Source of the DNA: Candidatus Anderseniibacteriota bacterium
GTDB taxonomy: Bacteria; Patescibacteriota; JAUYIX01
Length of the DNA: 64,000 nucleotides
Assembly (NCBI GenBank): GCA_046350855.1
Contig: JAXLZM010000001.1
Coordinates: forward strand, 153,420-217,419
Direction: 5' to 3'
The notes beneath the pieces were generated by a model. The model saw nothing but the letters and a program-made list of their open reading frames with translations, ran no database searches and was not told where the DNA came from. Shown here piece by piece: positions 10,088 to 20,555 of the stretch. Within the stretch, counting starts at the first letter, position 1, and each line of letters begins with the position of its first letter. Position numbers and translations under genes: made by a program.

Positions 10088-10981
10088 ATGCTGAGCCGTT
10101 CTGCCATTCTCAAAAAATCGGGGATCAAGGTTATTTGCCGTGATCAGAGAGACTTTCCACCTCAATTACGCTTGATCGCTGAGCCACCTGCCCTCCTCTA
10201 TATACAAGGAGATCCTAGTGTACTGCTACGCCCCTCGGTCTCGGTCGTCGGTTCGCGGCAAGCAAGTGAGTACGGCAAGCGACAAACCAGACAATTTACT
10301 GACTACTTAGCTAAACGAGGTGTCGTAATCGTCTCTGGCTTGGCCTACGGAATCGACCTGACCGCACATCAGACGGCGATCAGCTCCGGCCCTTCCGTCG
10401 CAGTGATTGCAGGCGGACTCGATGTCGCCCTGATGTCTTGGCAGGAGGAGTTGGCTAAAAAGATTATTAGAGCAGGTGGAGCTATCGTCTCTGAGTACGC
10501 CCCGGGTGAACCAGCTCTCAAATATCATTTTCCCGAGCGTAATCGCATTATCGCCGGACTCTCCCCCGTGACACTTGTGAGCGAAGCTCGTGAACACAGT
10601 GGTGCCTTGATCACCGCTCGCCTTGCGGTCGAATCCGGTCGGACCCTCATGTGTATTCCGCACGATCTTGAGCGGTCAACCGCGCAGGGCTCAAACCGTC
10701 TATTGCGGGATGGCGCAAACGTGGCTATCGCACCACAGGATGTGCTGCAGGAGCTTACACGTCATTTATCAGAGCAAGAGGCTCTAGAGCTCTCAAAAGC
10801 AGATCCTTCGCCAGCAGCGGGGATTTTAAAAGCGCTCAAAAAACCGCACTCGGTTGAGGATCTCGTCACAGAGATGCAGCGTTCTGCCGGTGCCCTATTG
10901 ACCGAATTAACCGAGCTGGAATTATCCGGCAAAATTAAGCGCCTGACGGACGGTCGGTTTGCGCGAGTGGAGAGTGAGTGA
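10088..10981 (+). CDS. dprA: DNA-processing protein DprA/Smf
   Basis: Rossmann-like core VVGSRQASEYGKRQTRQF...IVSGLAYGIDLTAHQ. Confidence 0.85.
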   Translation: MLSRSAILKKSGIKVICRDQRDFPPQLRLIAEPPALLYIQGDPSVLLRPSVSVVGSRQASEYGKRQTRQFTDYLAKRGVVIVSGLAYGIDLTAHQTAISSGPSVAVIAGGLDVALMSWQEELAKKIIRAGGAIVSEYAPGEPALKYHFPERNRIIAGLSPVTLVSEAREHSGALITARLAVESGRTLMCIPHDLERSTAQGSNRLLRDGANVAIAPQDVLQELTRHLSEQEALELSKADPSPAAGILKALKKPHSVEDLVTEMQRSAGALLTELTELELSGKIKRLTDGRFARVESE

Positions 10982-11003
10982 CGGGGTGGCAAAGTTGACA
11001 GTA

Positions 11004-13277
11004 ATGCTCGCACACCGTAAGGTCTCAACCATTGTGTCGTCACTCGTAATCGTCGAGTCACCAACAAAAGCAAAAACGATCGGCAAATTTTTGGGCCGCG
11101 GCTACACCGTTAAGTCCAGTTTTGGCCACGTGCGTGACTTGCCTAAGAGCAAGATGGGTATTGATATTGAACATGGATTTGAGCCCGACTACGTGATTCC
11201 GGTCCGCGCTAAAAAAGTGATCACGGACCTGCGCGCACAGGCCAAAAAAGCCGACACGATCTATCTGGCAACCGATGAAGACCGCGAAGGAGAAGCGATC
11301 GGTTGGCATTTGATGACCGCGCTCAAGTTGGCTAAAGATAAGACCAAGCGCATCGTGTTTCATGAGATCACCAAGCGCGCCATCGACGAGGCTCTCAAAA
11401 ATCCTCGCGATTTGGACGCACACTTGATCGACGCCCAGCAAGCCCGACGGGTACTAGATCGCCTGGTAGGATACGAATTGTCGCCATTTTTGTGGAAAAA
11501 AATTAAGTACGGCCTCTCGGCCGGCCGCGTACAGTCAGCCGCGGTGCGCTTAATCGTTGACCGGGAGCGCGAGATCGAGAAGTTCAAAGCGGATGAGTAC
11601 TGGACCATCGAGGCCGAACTCGAGAAAAAAGGTGTCAAACCTACCGTTGCGGCACACTTGGTTAAACGTGCTGGCAAAACTCTCGAAAAACTCGCTATCA
11701 AAAATAAAGCTACTGCCGACGAAGTCACCGCCGCACTTAAGGGCGCGTCGTTTGAGGTCAGCGAGATTTCACAAAAAGAAAAATCGATGTCCCCGTCCGC
11801 GCCATTTACGACTTCGACCTTGCAACAGGATGCTTCGCGTCGCCTGGGCTACTCGGCCAAGCAAACCATGATGCTCGCGCAGCAGCTCTATGAGGGTATC
11901 GAGCTGGGTACTGAGGGTTCGGTCGGTTTGATTAGCTACATGCGTACCGACTCGGTTAACTTGGCAGAACAAGCCCTGGCAGAAGCCAAAGAAGTTATTG
12001 GTAACGAGTTTGGTAGTGAGTTTACGGCGGCCGCACCACGCCGTTACAAAACCAAATCAAAGAGCGCTCAAGAAGCACACGAAGCCATCCGCCCAACCAG
12101 CTTTACTCGTACTCCGGAGAGCATTAAGCAATATCTTGAGCCTCGCCAGCACAAATTGTATGACCTGATTTGGCGTCGTGCGCTTGCCTCACAGATGCCG
12201 GATGCGCGCTTTAACTCGACCACCTTAGATATTACCGCTGGTGAGTTTGTGTTTAGAGCTAATGGCTTAGTTATTACCTTTGCGGGTTTTCAAAAAGCAC
12301 TCGGGCCCGCCGCCAGCTCCAAAGAGACTGAACTACCCAAACTCGCTAAAGGTGACAAGCTCGTACTCGTTGGCACGGATGCACTCAAGGGGGTGCAGCA
12401 CTTTACGCAGCCACCCGCGCGCTACAGCGACGCCACCCTCGTCAAAGCTATGGAAGAGTTTGGTATCGGTCGTCCATCTACCTACGCTCCAACGATCTCG
12501 ACCATCCAAGACCGCGGCTACGTCGAAAAAGTCGAGAAGCGCTTTAAGCCCACCGAGATTGGTCGCCTGGTTGATGATGTGCTCGTTAAGCACTTTCCCA
12601 AGATTGTGGACCTGACCTTTACCTCGCAGATGGAAGAAGACTTGGACTTGATCGCCGAGGGTAAAAAAGAGTGGGTTCCTATTATTAAAGCGTTTTACGA
12701 TCCATTCCACGCTAATCTCAAAGCCAAGGATAAGGCCGTTACCAAAGAAGAACTCACGACCGAGAAGTCTGACGAAAAGTGCGAAAAATGCGGCAAGCCC
12801 ATGGTGATCAAGATGGGTCGTTTTGGAAAGTTCTTAGCCTGCACTGGTTATCCCGACTGCAAGACCACTCGCCCACTCAAAGCCGAGCGCGAGGCCCAAG
12901 CCAAAATGGAGCAAGAACTCTCTGGCGAAAAATGCCCTGAGTGTGGTTCAGCCATGGTGATTAAACGCGGACGCTTTGGGACTTTTTTGGGCTGCAGCAC
13001 CTATCCCAAGTGCAAAGGCATCAAGCGTATCGAGAAAAAAACGGGTGCCAAGTGCCCTGAGTGTGGTAAAGGCGAGATCATCGAGAAGCGCAGCCGCAAA
13101 GGTCGCACCTTTTACGCTTGCAACAAATACCCTGAGTGTGAGTTTGCCCTCTGGAACAAACCGACCGGTAAAACGTGTCCAAAGTGTAAAAGCTTGGTGG
13201 TCTACGCCGCCAAGGGCCAAGTGCGCTGCTCTAGCAAGGAGTGCGACTACAAGGCCGAGACCGAGCAGCCGGCCTAA
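11004..13277 (+). CDS. topA: DNA topoisomerase I with multiple C-terminal C4 zinc ribbons
   Basis: TOPRIM LVIVESPTKAKTIGKFLG; catalytic region; four CxxC..CxxC zinc ribbons at the C-terminus. ORF-track start 10959; the ATG at 11004 avoids overlap with dprA. Confidence 0.9.
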   Translation: MLAHRKVSTIVSSLVIVESPTKAKTIGKFLGRGYTVKSSFGHVRDLPKSKMGIDIEHGFEPDYVIPVRAKKVITDLRAQAKKADTIYLATDEDREGEAIGWHLMTALKLAKDKTKRIVFHEITKRAIDEALKNPRDLDAHLIDAQQARRVLDRLVGYELSPFLWKKIKYGLSAGRVQSAAVRLIVDREREIEKFKADEYWTIEAELEKKGVKPTVAAHLVKRAGKTLEKLAIKNKATADEVTAALKGASFEVSEISQKEKSMSPSAPFTTSTLQQDASRRLGYSAKQTMMLAQQLYEGIELGTEGSVGLISYMRTDSVNLAEQALAEAKEVIGNEFGSEFTAAAPRRYKTKSKSAQEAHEAIRPTSFTRTPESIKQYLEPRQHKLYDLIWRRALASQMPDARFNSTTLDITAGEFVFRANGLVITFAGFQKALGPAASSKETELPKLAKGDKLVLVGTDALKGVQHFTQPPARYSDATLVKAMEEFGIGRPSTYAPTISTIQDRGYVEKVEKRFKPTEIGRLVDDVLVKHFPKIVDLTFTSQMEEDLDLIAEGKKEWVPIIKAFYDPFHANLKAKDKAVTKEELTTEKSDEKCEKCGKPMVIKMGRFGKFLACTGYPDCKTTRPLKAEREAQAKMEQELSGEKCPECGSAMVIKRGRFGTFLGCSTYPKCKGIKRIEKKTGAKCPECGKGEIIEKRSRKGRTFYACNKYPECEFALWNKPTGKTCPKCKSLVVYAAKGQVRCSSKECDYKAETEQPA

Positions 13278-13333
13278 CCGCGTGCGACGGCGTAATAGAC
13301 AGTCGGGTAACCCCGGAGTAGGATCCGAGTAGG

Positions 13334-15514
13334 TTGTATATGACGCCATTTACTACAACCACACTCGAAAAACGTTCGACCATCACGATCGAAGACGTTG
13401 TGCGCATGGCACGCGAGCGCAACCCCGGGGCGGATCTTCCACTGATCCGCCAGGCCTACGAGTTTGCCGAGGCGGCCCATCGCGGCCAAACCCGTGAGAC
13501 GGGTGAGCCGTATATTATCCATCCGGTGCATGTGGCCTACACCATCGCGCAGTTGCGTCTCGGCACTACCGCCATTATGGCCGCGCTACTCCACGACGTG
13601 CGCGAGGACACCTCTCCGGCCTACTCCGAGCAAATCGCTCGGCGCTTTGGCGAGGCAACTAACTTTTTAGTACAGGGCGTCACTAAACTTTCTAAGGTTC
13701 GTAAACTGCGGGAGAACACCGGTTCGATCGAAGACCTACGCACGATCTTTTTGGCCATGAGTCGCGATATCCGCGTGATCATTATTAAGCTGGCCGATCG
13801 TTTACATAATTTACAAACCCTCTCGGGCCTCGACACCGAGCGACGTCTGCGCATCTCTCGCCAAACCTTGGACATCTACTCACCGATCGCTGATCGCCTC
13901 GGTATGGGTGACATCAAGGGCCAACTCGAGGATTTAGCTTTTGATTACGCTTTGCCCGAGCAGGCCACCCTGGTGCGCTCCCTCGTCAAAGACGCCTACA
14001 CAGAGCGGGCGCGCTACTGCGAGACGTTACGTCAGGCCGTCACCCAAGAGCTGCGACGCAATGCTATCCCGGTTATCGACGTACACGGTCGAGCCAAACG
14101 ACTTTACAGTCTCTACCTCAAGTTGCAGCGCTACAACAACGATATCAACCAGATTTACGACTTGGTGGCCGTGCGTGTGGTGGTACCCACTATCGAAGAT
14201 TGCTACAAAGCGCTCGGGGTTGTGCATCGGCGCTGGCGACCCCTGGTCGGTAAGATCAAGGATTACGTGGCAACGCCCAAAGCAAACGGCTATCAATCCC
14301 TCCACACCACCGTCATCACTGACGAGGGCAAGTTTGTCGAGGTGCAGATCCGGACGAACAGCATGCACGAGCGGGCCGAGCGGGGAATCGCCGCCTCCTG
14401 GTCCTATGCGGAGGCCAAGCGACAAGATCCGGGTGCTCTCGCCGCAGCTTTAGCGGACGAGCACGATATTACCTGGGTCAAGCAACTCGCCCATTGGCAG
14501 CAAGACATCGACACACCCGAGGAGTTTTTCCAGACGCTGCGCTCTGACTTTTTTAAAAACCGCATTTTTTGCCTCACCCCCAAGGGCGAGGTCATTAATC
14601 TCCCGGAGGGCGGCACCCCGATCGATTTTGCCTATTGCATTAGGCGTTCTCTCGGTAACCGGGCCGTGGATGCGCGCGTCAACGGGGTACGCCGGCCACT
14701 GGATTATGCCCTCGGTAACGGTGATGTGGTCTACATCGAACTCGGTCCCGAGTCGCATACGCCAAAACGCGAGTGGCTCGACTTTGTTAAAACCAACAAC
14801 GCGCGTCACGGAATCAAACAGTGGTACGCGCACCTTAGCGCCGAGCACGCTGTTACGACCGGCCGCACCCTCCTTGCTAAAGAGTTACACGAGCTCCTGG
14901 GTCGTTCGATCGAGAGCCTTCAAGCCCAGGAGGTCCGCGAGTATCTCAGTCAGCACGGCTACCGCACCATGGATGAACTCTACGCCGCCGTGGGTAAAGG
15001 CGAGCGCAACCCGCGTCAGGTCGTTAAACGTATCTTTGCCGAAGACCGCATCGACCTGACCGTACCGGTCAAGCGCCAGCTTAACGTCAAAATTGAGGGA
15101 CAGCTTCACCCCCAAGCGGTACGTGCGCGCTGCTGCCGCCCGATCGAGGGCGACGCGATCGTAGGTGTGCGCCACGGCGCGCGCGTCCTGGTGCATCGCA
15201 CCGAGTGTCATACCCTGCACGGTATCCCGCTCCTGCAACGCCTCAAGGCCGCCTGGATCTTAGATGCAGCGCGCACGTACCGAGTCTGGATCGAGGTCCA
15301 GGTGACCACCTATACGGGCATGTTACGTGACATCGCAGATGTCTGTGCCCAGGGCGCTATTCCGATCCATGACATCGTTGTGCGGCGCCGCCCCACAGAA
15401 ATCAGTTCGGTCAGTATTTTAGCGGAGATCAAAGACGCGGATCAGCTCAGTATGCTGATCCGTAAGTTGCACTCACTCCCTAAGGTTACGGTCGTCCACC
15501 GGCGACACTCCTAG
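13334..15514 (+). CDS. rel: Bifunctional (p)ppGpp synthetase/hydrolase (RelA/SpoT family)
   Basis: HD motif HDVREDT, synthetase domain, TGS/ACT C-terminus; 726 aa. Confidence 0.9.
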   Translation: MYMTPFTTTTLEKRSTITIEDVVRMARERNPGADLPLIRQAYEFAEAAHRGQTRETGEPYIIHPVHVAYTIAQLRLGTTAIMAALLHDVREDTSPAYSEQIARRFGEATNFLVQGVTKLSKVRKLRENTGSIEDLRTIFLAMSRDIRVIIIKLADRLHNLQTLSGLDTERRLRISRQTLDIYSPIADRLGMGDIKGQLEDLAFDYALPEQATLVRSLVKDAYTERARYCETLRQAVTQELRRNAIPVIDVHGRAKRLYSLYLKLQRYNNDINQIYDLVAVRVVVPTIEDCYKALGVVHRRWRPLVGKIKDYVATPKANGYQSLHTTVITDEGKFVEVQIRTNSMHERAERGIAASWSYAEAKRQDPGALAAALADEHDITWVKQLAHWQQDIDTPEEFFQTLRSDFFKNRIFCLTPKGEVINLPEGGTPIDFAYCIRRSLGNRAVDARVNGVRRPLDYALGNGDVVYIELGPESHTPKREWLDFVKTNNARHGIKQWYAHLSAEHAVTTGRTLLAKELHELLGRSIESLQAQEVREYLSQHGYRTMDELYAAVGKGERNPRQVVKRIFAEDRIDLTVPVKRQLNVKIEGQLHPQAVRARCCRPIEGDAIVGVRHGARVLVHRTECHTLHGIPLLQRLKAAWILDAARTYRVWIEVQVTTYTGMLRDIADVCAQGAIPIHDIVVRRRPTEISSVSILAEIKDADQLSMLIRKLHSLPKVTVVHRRHS

Positions 15515-15529
15515 CTAGTGCCAAAACTC

Positions 15530-16459
15530 CTAGACCGTAAAGGCCGAGCGCGGCGATTTTTGGGGCTGCTCTTCGCTAGACTCGACGGGCGTGCCCGTAA
15601 TTTTGTTGACCAAACGATCCCGCTCCTCGGCCGAGAAAAATCCAATCGTAATGCGGCCGATTTTGACACCATCCACCTTGACTTGCGCCCCCAGATGACG
15701 ACTTAACGTCCGAGACAGACGCGCGCTGACCGGATCCTGAATGCGACTGCCACTATTGGCCGTGCGGGGTGCTTTAGTTTGCAAAACTTCACGCACGCGT
15801 TTTTCGAGCTGGCGCACCGAGAGGTGCTGAGACTCGATCTCCGCAATCAGTGCCACTTGGTCGACTGGGCTCACCGCTAGCAAGACCTTGGCGTGACCCT
15901 CACTGATGCGCTCGGCTAGGAGCGCCTGCTGGGCTTCGCTCGAGAGATCCAATAGTCGGATACAATTGGCTACCGAAGAGCTCGGCCGCCCCACTCGTTC
16001 TCCCACCTGACGTTGTGTCAACTTAAAGTCCCGCAAGAGTTTGCGCAGGGCCTTGGCTTCTTCGAGCGGGTTGAGGTCTTGCCGTTGAATGTTCTCGATC
16101 AACGCTAGCTCAAGTTTTTCTTGGTCGTCGGTCTGACGGACTACAACCGGAACGGCCTGTAGACCGGCTAGTTCGGCCGCACGCAGACGACGTTCACCCG
16201 CCACTAAAATGTAGTTACCAGTGGGTGTGCGCGGTGGACTAACCACGAGCGGCTCTAAAATACCGTGCTGCTTGATCGAGGCGGCCAAAGACTCCAGCTC
16301 AGGCAATTTAAATTGTTTGCGCGGTTGGTGCGGGTTGGGCACGATCGAGCGCAGAGGTAACTCGCGTGTGTCACTGCCCTGCCGCGGATCAGGCCGCGCA
16401 GGTTTTGTCGCCTTTGTTGGGATCAGGGCCTCAAGGCCTCGTCCTAGACCAAATGCCAT
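15530..16459 (-). CDS. parB: Chromosome partitioning protein ParB
   Basis: ParB box GERRLRAAELAG and an HTH. Confidence 0.9.
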   Translation of the reverse strand: MAFGLGRGLEALIPTKATKPARPDPRQGSDTRELPLRSIVPNPHQPRKQFKLPELESLAASIKQHGILEPLVVSPPRTPTGNYILVAGERRLRAAELAGLQAVPVVVRQTDDQEKLELALIENIQRQDLNPLEEAKALRKLLRDFKLTQRQVGERVGRPSSSVANCIRLLDLSSEAQQALLAERISEGHAKVLLAVSPVDQVALIAEIESQHLSVRQLEKRVREVLQTKAPRTANSGSRIQDPVSARLSRTLSRHLGAQVKVDGVKIGRITIGFFSAEERDRLVNKITGTPVESSEEQPQKSPRSAFTV

Positions 16460-16517
16460 ATCGACTAGTGTACGAGAGGGGCCCTACCTTGTCGAGATCG
16501 ATAGACTACGGGCCGTG

Positions 16518-17363
16518 CTAGCTGCTGTGCGTAGTCGTTTGTTCAGCCGGCTGAACCTGCGTCTGCTGATGAGCCTCGTGTGTTTGTTGGCTCGCGGCAC
16601 TGGCCCAGGCGGCGCGTACCTCCTCAGCTAAGGCTCGGTAGGCACGCGCACCTTTGGACCAGGGTTCGTACGCCAGGATGGATTTGCCGTAGGAGGGAGC
16701 CTCCGAGAGTCGAACGTTGCGCGGGATCTCGGTGGTAAAGACGCGGCCCGGAAAAAACTTGCGAATCTCACGCGCCACGTCTACAGCGAGCTTAGTGCGT
16801 TTGTCATGCAGCGTGATGACCGCCCCGAGGATGGCGAGACTTGGTTTGATGTTACTGCGGACGAGTTCGATGGTATGGAGGAGCTGACTCAACCCCTCGA
16901 GCGCGTAGTACTCACTCTGGACCGGGATCATGACTTCGTCGGCGGCGGTCAGGGCGTTGATCGTAACGAGACCAAGGCTGGGCGGTGCGTCGAGCAGAAC
17001 CACATCGTAGTGGAGCTGGGCTTGGCTCAGGGCTTGCTGCAGGCGGAACTCCCGCTGCGTGGCCTCGACTAGTTCGACGTTGGCGCCGGCCAGGGCTGGG
17101 GTGGCGGGACAGAGGTGCAGGTTTTGCTGCGGGGTGGCCACCACGATTGACTCAAGCGGGGTTTGGCCGAGCATGAGTTCGTAGGTTCCGGCTTTGGCTT
17201 GCTCGGGACGGAGACCCAAGCCGCTGGTGGCATTGCCCTGCGGGTCAACATCAACCAACAAAACACGTAGCCCACCGGCCGCGAGGTAGGCACCCAAATT
17301 TATGGCGGTAGTGGTTTTGCCAACTCCGCCTTTTTGGTTAACGATGGCGACGATACGGGCCAT
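16518..17363 (-). CDS. parA: Chromosome partitioning ATPase ParA/Soj
   Basis: Deviant Walker A KGGVGKTT. Confidence 0.9.
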   Translation of the reverse strand: MARIVAIVNQKGGVGKTTTAINLGAYLAAGGLRVLLVDVDPQGNATSGLGLRPEQAKAGTYELMLGQTPLESIVVATPQQNLHLCPATPALAGANVELVEATQREFRLQQALSQAQLHYDVVLLDAPPSLGLVTINALTAADEVMIPVQSEYYALEGLSQLLHTIELVRSNIKPSLAILGAVITLHDKRTKLAVDVAREIRKFFPGRVFTTEIPRNVRLSEAPSYGKSILAYEPWSKGARAYRALAEEVRAAWASAASQQTHEAHQQTQVQPAEQTTTHSS

Positions 17364-17437
17364 GGCACCATGGTACCACAGGTTCAGCCCGGTTTAAGTT
17401 GACGCTCGGGCGCGGGACGGGCACAATCGCCCCACGT

Positions 17438-17521
17438 GCCGAAGTGGCGGAATGGCAGACGCACGCGACTCAAAATCGCGCGGAGCAATCCATGAGGGTT
17501 CGACTCCCTCCTTCGGCACCA
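17438..17521 (+). tRNA. tRNA-Leu (anticodon CAA), CCA encoded
   Basis: 7-bp acceptor GCCGAAG/CTTCGGC; anticodon loop CUCAAAA; long variable arm; T-loop GGTTCGACTCC; 3' ACCA. Confidence 0.85.
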
Positions 17522-17562
17522 TCAAGCTGCATACAACTAAAGAGCGCTCCTCTCAACGGGAT

Positions 17563-17590
17563 TGACATAAGCGCTGATTTGTGCTATCTT
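17563..17590 (+). promoter_or_regulatory. Sigma70-like promoter (TTGACA-16-TATCTT) for the receiver-domain gene
   Basis: TTGACA at 17563-17568 and TATCTT at 17585-17590. Confidence 0.45.
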
Positions 17591-17647
17591 TTTTGGTTGC
17601 TCTTTCTGTGTTCCCTTTCAACCGAGTTTACCCAACGAGGAGCCGTA

Positions 17648-18010
17648 ATGACTGTAAACGTCCTGATCGCAGAGAACGATCCGCTCATCCGCAAACCACT
17701 TACACGGTGGCTCAAGAACGTCCCCAGTCTTAACGTCACGTACGTGTGGACCGTCAAAGGTCTACTCAATGCACTTGCTGTGGAGCCTTACGACATCGTG
17801 GTGCTCGACAACACACTCGACGACGGCAAGACCATCGAAGAGATCGACGTGATCATGGCCGCTGCCGGCGCCGCAACCATTCTCTCGTTTAGCAGCGATG
17901 TGTTCCCGCCGGAGCAGGAGCGCAAGCTCACGAAGCTCGGGATCGAGATCAGGGACAAGGAGGTCAGAGCTTTGGCCGACCGTATCAAGGAACTCGCCCA
18001 GGAGTGCTAA
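17648..18010 (+). CDS. Stand-alone response-regulator receiver (CheY-like REC) protein
   Basis: AGGAG RBS; acidic pocket AEND and phospho-acceptor VVLD; no output domain. Confidence 0.7.
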   Translation: MTVNVLIAENDPLIRKPLTRWLKNVPSLNVTYVWTVKGLLNALAVEPYDIVVLDNTLDDGKTIEEIDVIMAAAGAATILSFSSDVFPPEQERKLTKLGIEIRDKEVRALADRIKELAQEC

Positions 18011-18016
18011 CGATGA

Positions 18017-18049
18017 CCCTAGATGAACACATCTAGGGTTTCTTTTTTT
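18017..18049 (+). terminator. Intrinsic terminator
   Basis: CCCTAGATG-AACA-CATCTAGGG hairpin followed by TTTCTTTTTTT. Confidence 0.75.
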
Positions 18050-18053
18050 AATG

Positions 18054-19301
18054 CTAGCTGGTTAGGCCTGGCAGGGGCAGGCTTTTTGCAAAAGCTTTGA
18101 CCTCCGCACGAATTTTTTTGAGTGCGGTTGGGTCGGCGGGCTGTGTCAGTGCGGCACTGATCCATACCGCAATAGTCTGCATGTGCGTGGTGGTAGCTCC
18201 TCGACTCGTAATTGCAGGTGTGCCGAGGCGGAGGCCAGAAGGGTCCAAGGCAGAGCGTTTTTCGCCGGGCACGGTGTTTTTATTAGCGGTGATGCCCACG
18301 GCGCTCAGGGCAGCCTCCGCCTCGGCACCACTCATTTTTTTGTTGGTGAGATCCAGTAGGATCAGGTGCGTGTCGGTTCCACCTGTCACGAGGTCGAACC
18401 CTTTGGCCGCAAGGGCCTTGGCAAGCACCTGGGCATTGTCCAAAACTTGCTGTGCATACTTTTTAAAAGCGGGCTGCGCGGCCTCGTGTAAGGCGATAGC
18501 GATCCCGGCGATGGTGTTCTCGTGCGGCCCGCCCTGCAAGCCTGGAAAAACGCTGCGGTCGATGGCTTTGGCCACGGCCGTGCGACAGAGAATTATCGCC
18601 CCACGCGGGCCGCGCAAGGTTTTGTGCGTCGTGCTCGTAACAACGTCGGCATGGGGCACCGGATTGGGATGTGCTCCCCCTGCCACTAAGCCCGCCACGT
18701 GCGACATATCAACCATGTGGTACGCACCAACTGATTGAGCAATCGCCTGCATCTTTTTGTAGTCGATGATCCGCGGATAAGCGGTCGCACCTGAGATCAG
18801 CAGCTTGGGGTTTACTTTTTTGGCGAGGTCGGCTACTTGGTCGTAGTCAAGCAAGCCGGTCTTGGGATCAACTCCGTACTGATGCGCCGCAAACAGTTTG
18901 CCGGAGGCATTCACTGTATGACCGTGGGTAAGGTGTCCCCCTTCTGCGAGCGACATACCGAGCAACGTGTCGCCTGGTTTGAGCAACCCTACATACACCG
19001 CCAAATTTGCGGGTGAACCAGAATACGGCTGCACGTTTGCATGTTCGGCCCCGAACAATTTTTTAGCGCGATCGATGGCGAGTTGCTCGATCTGATCGAT
19101 CACCTCATTGCCGGCATAGTAGCGCTTGCCGGGATACCCCTCGGCATATTTGGCCGACAAAATAGAACCCACCGCTGACAAAACCGCTTTACTCGGATAG
19201 TTTTCTGAGGCAATCAGTTCGATTCCCTCACGCTGACGCTGCTCTTCAGCGGTGATGAGCTTTTCGATGGCCGGATCCGTTGTTCTGCCAACAGTAGACA
19301 T
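18054..19301 (-). CDS. glyA: Serine hydroxymethyltransferase
   Basis: SHMT signature VTTTTHKTLRGPRGA; likely start at the internal Met (MSTVGRTT...); ORF-track start is 19352. Confidence 0.9.
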   Translation of the reverse strand: MSTVGRTTDPAIEKLITAEEQRQREGIELIASENYPSKAVLSAVGSILSAKYAEGYPGKRYYAGNEVIDQIEQLAIDRAKKLFGAEHANVQPYSGSPANLAVYVGLLKPGDTLLGMSLAEGGHLTHGHTVNASGKLFAAHQYGVDPKTGLLDYDQVADLAKKVNPKLLISGATAYPRIIDYKKMQAIAQSVGAYHMVDMSHVAGLVAGGAHPNPVPHADVVTSTTHKTLRGPRGAIILCRTAVAKAIDRSVFPGLQGGPHENTIAGIAIALHEAAQPAFKKYAQQVLDNAQVLAKALAAKGFDLVTGGTDTHLILLDLTNKKMSGAEAEAALSAVGITANKNTVPGEKRSALDPSGLRLGTPAITSRGATTTHMQTIAVWISAALTQPADPTALKKIRAEVKAFAKSLPLPGLTS

Positions 19302-19392
19302 GTCGGCAGTATTACCCACGGGGCGCGAGTGGGCAAGCGTGGCCAGACCCAAAGACCAAGCTCATTTGCGTTGCGAGTTGGGCCTACCTTAG

Positions 19393-20538
19393 TTAATTAC
19401 GGAACAAAAAGTAAAAGAGGCTGGCTACTGCCGCAAGCACAAATGCCCCACTAAAGCCTGCCAGAGGAAACACAATGAGCAGCACGAGCATGGTCACGAT
19501 CTTGCCCAAGATCAGACTGGCTTCAAACGAGACGACCTCAAGCATGACGTGACTATTTTTAGCGTCCTGGTAGACGCGCGAGTACATCGGGACGTAGAGC
19601 AAACTCTTGCCGGTGCGGTAGACCGTGTCGATGCCGAGGGCGGCCAGCGGCCAGATCAAAAGCGGGCGACCGATCCACGAGAGCACGTTGAGGACGCCAC
19701 CCCAGAGGTACACGGTGCGGCGACTGCGATCATCGCTCCAGCGTGCGGCCACGGTGGTGGCCAGGACGGTCACGGTCGTGGCGATGGCCACCAGCGCTCC
19801 CAAATCGAGAGCACTCTTAACCAGCAAAAACAAAAAGAGCGGCCAAATGGTCAGGGCGATGAGTTCTTCCCCAAACCCCAGACCCATCACGAGGCGCCGC
19901 AAGCGCTTACGCGCAAAAATGTAGCGCATCTGAGTTAGCCAACTGTGTTGGCTCGGGGTGAACCGCTCAGGCGTGGAGAGCATGGGGAACACCGAGATGA
20001 GTATCAGCACGATCGCCACCGTATAGAGCACGGCAAAGTTGGTATAGGTAATGAGGGCGCCCCCGATCAGCGGTCCCACCGCCGCGGTGAGACTAGAGAT
20101 AACGTACGTGGCGCCAATCTCCCGCCCGGCCTCACGGCTGCGCGAGTAGCGGGCAAAGTTGGCGTGGTAGGCCGGCCACCAAAAGGTTTTTTGTAGGGCA
20201 TACAAGATGATCGAGAGGTACAAGAATTCTGGGGCGGCCGGGATCGCAATCAGCGACAAAAAGTAAGCGATCGTAAAAATAATCCCGAGCGACATGGTGT
20301 GCTCAAAACCAAAAGCCTTGGCGACCCGGCCGCCAAACGGAATCAGCAAAAAGTACAAAACGTACACCCCTAGATAGAACAAAATAATCTGCACCACCGT
20401 CAGGTGCTGCGTGTAGAGATAGATTGGTTCAAAAATGTTGATGGCGGCCTGGGCCAGCTCGTGCAGCGAGACCGTGGTCAAAAACTCTTTGATCTCGCGA
20501 CGCGGGCTGATGGTATAGCGTTTGAGCTCCTTTAACAT
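19393..20538 (-). CDS. MFS-type transporter
   Basis: About 12 predicted TM helices; 381 aa. Confidence 0.7.
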   Translation of the reverse strand: MLKELKRYTISPRREIKEFLTTVSLHELAQAAINIFEPIYLYTQHLTVVQIILFYLGVYVLYFLLIPFGGRVAKAFGFEHTMSLGIIFTIAYFLSLIAIPAAPEFLYLSIILYALQKTFWWPAYHANFARYSRSREAGREIGATYVISSLTAAVGPLIGGALITYTNFAVLYTVAIVLILISVFPMLSTPERFTPSQHSWLTQMRYIFARKRLRRLVMGLGFGEELIALTIWPLFLFLLVKSALDLGALVAIATTVTVLATTVAARWSDDRSRRTVYLWGGVLNVLSWIGRPLLIWPLAALGIDTVYRTGKSLLYVPMYSRVYQDAKNSHVMLEVVSFEASLILGKIVTMLVLLIVFPLAGFSGAFVLAAVASLFYFLFRN

Positions 20539-20555
20539 AGTGACGCCTAGTTACC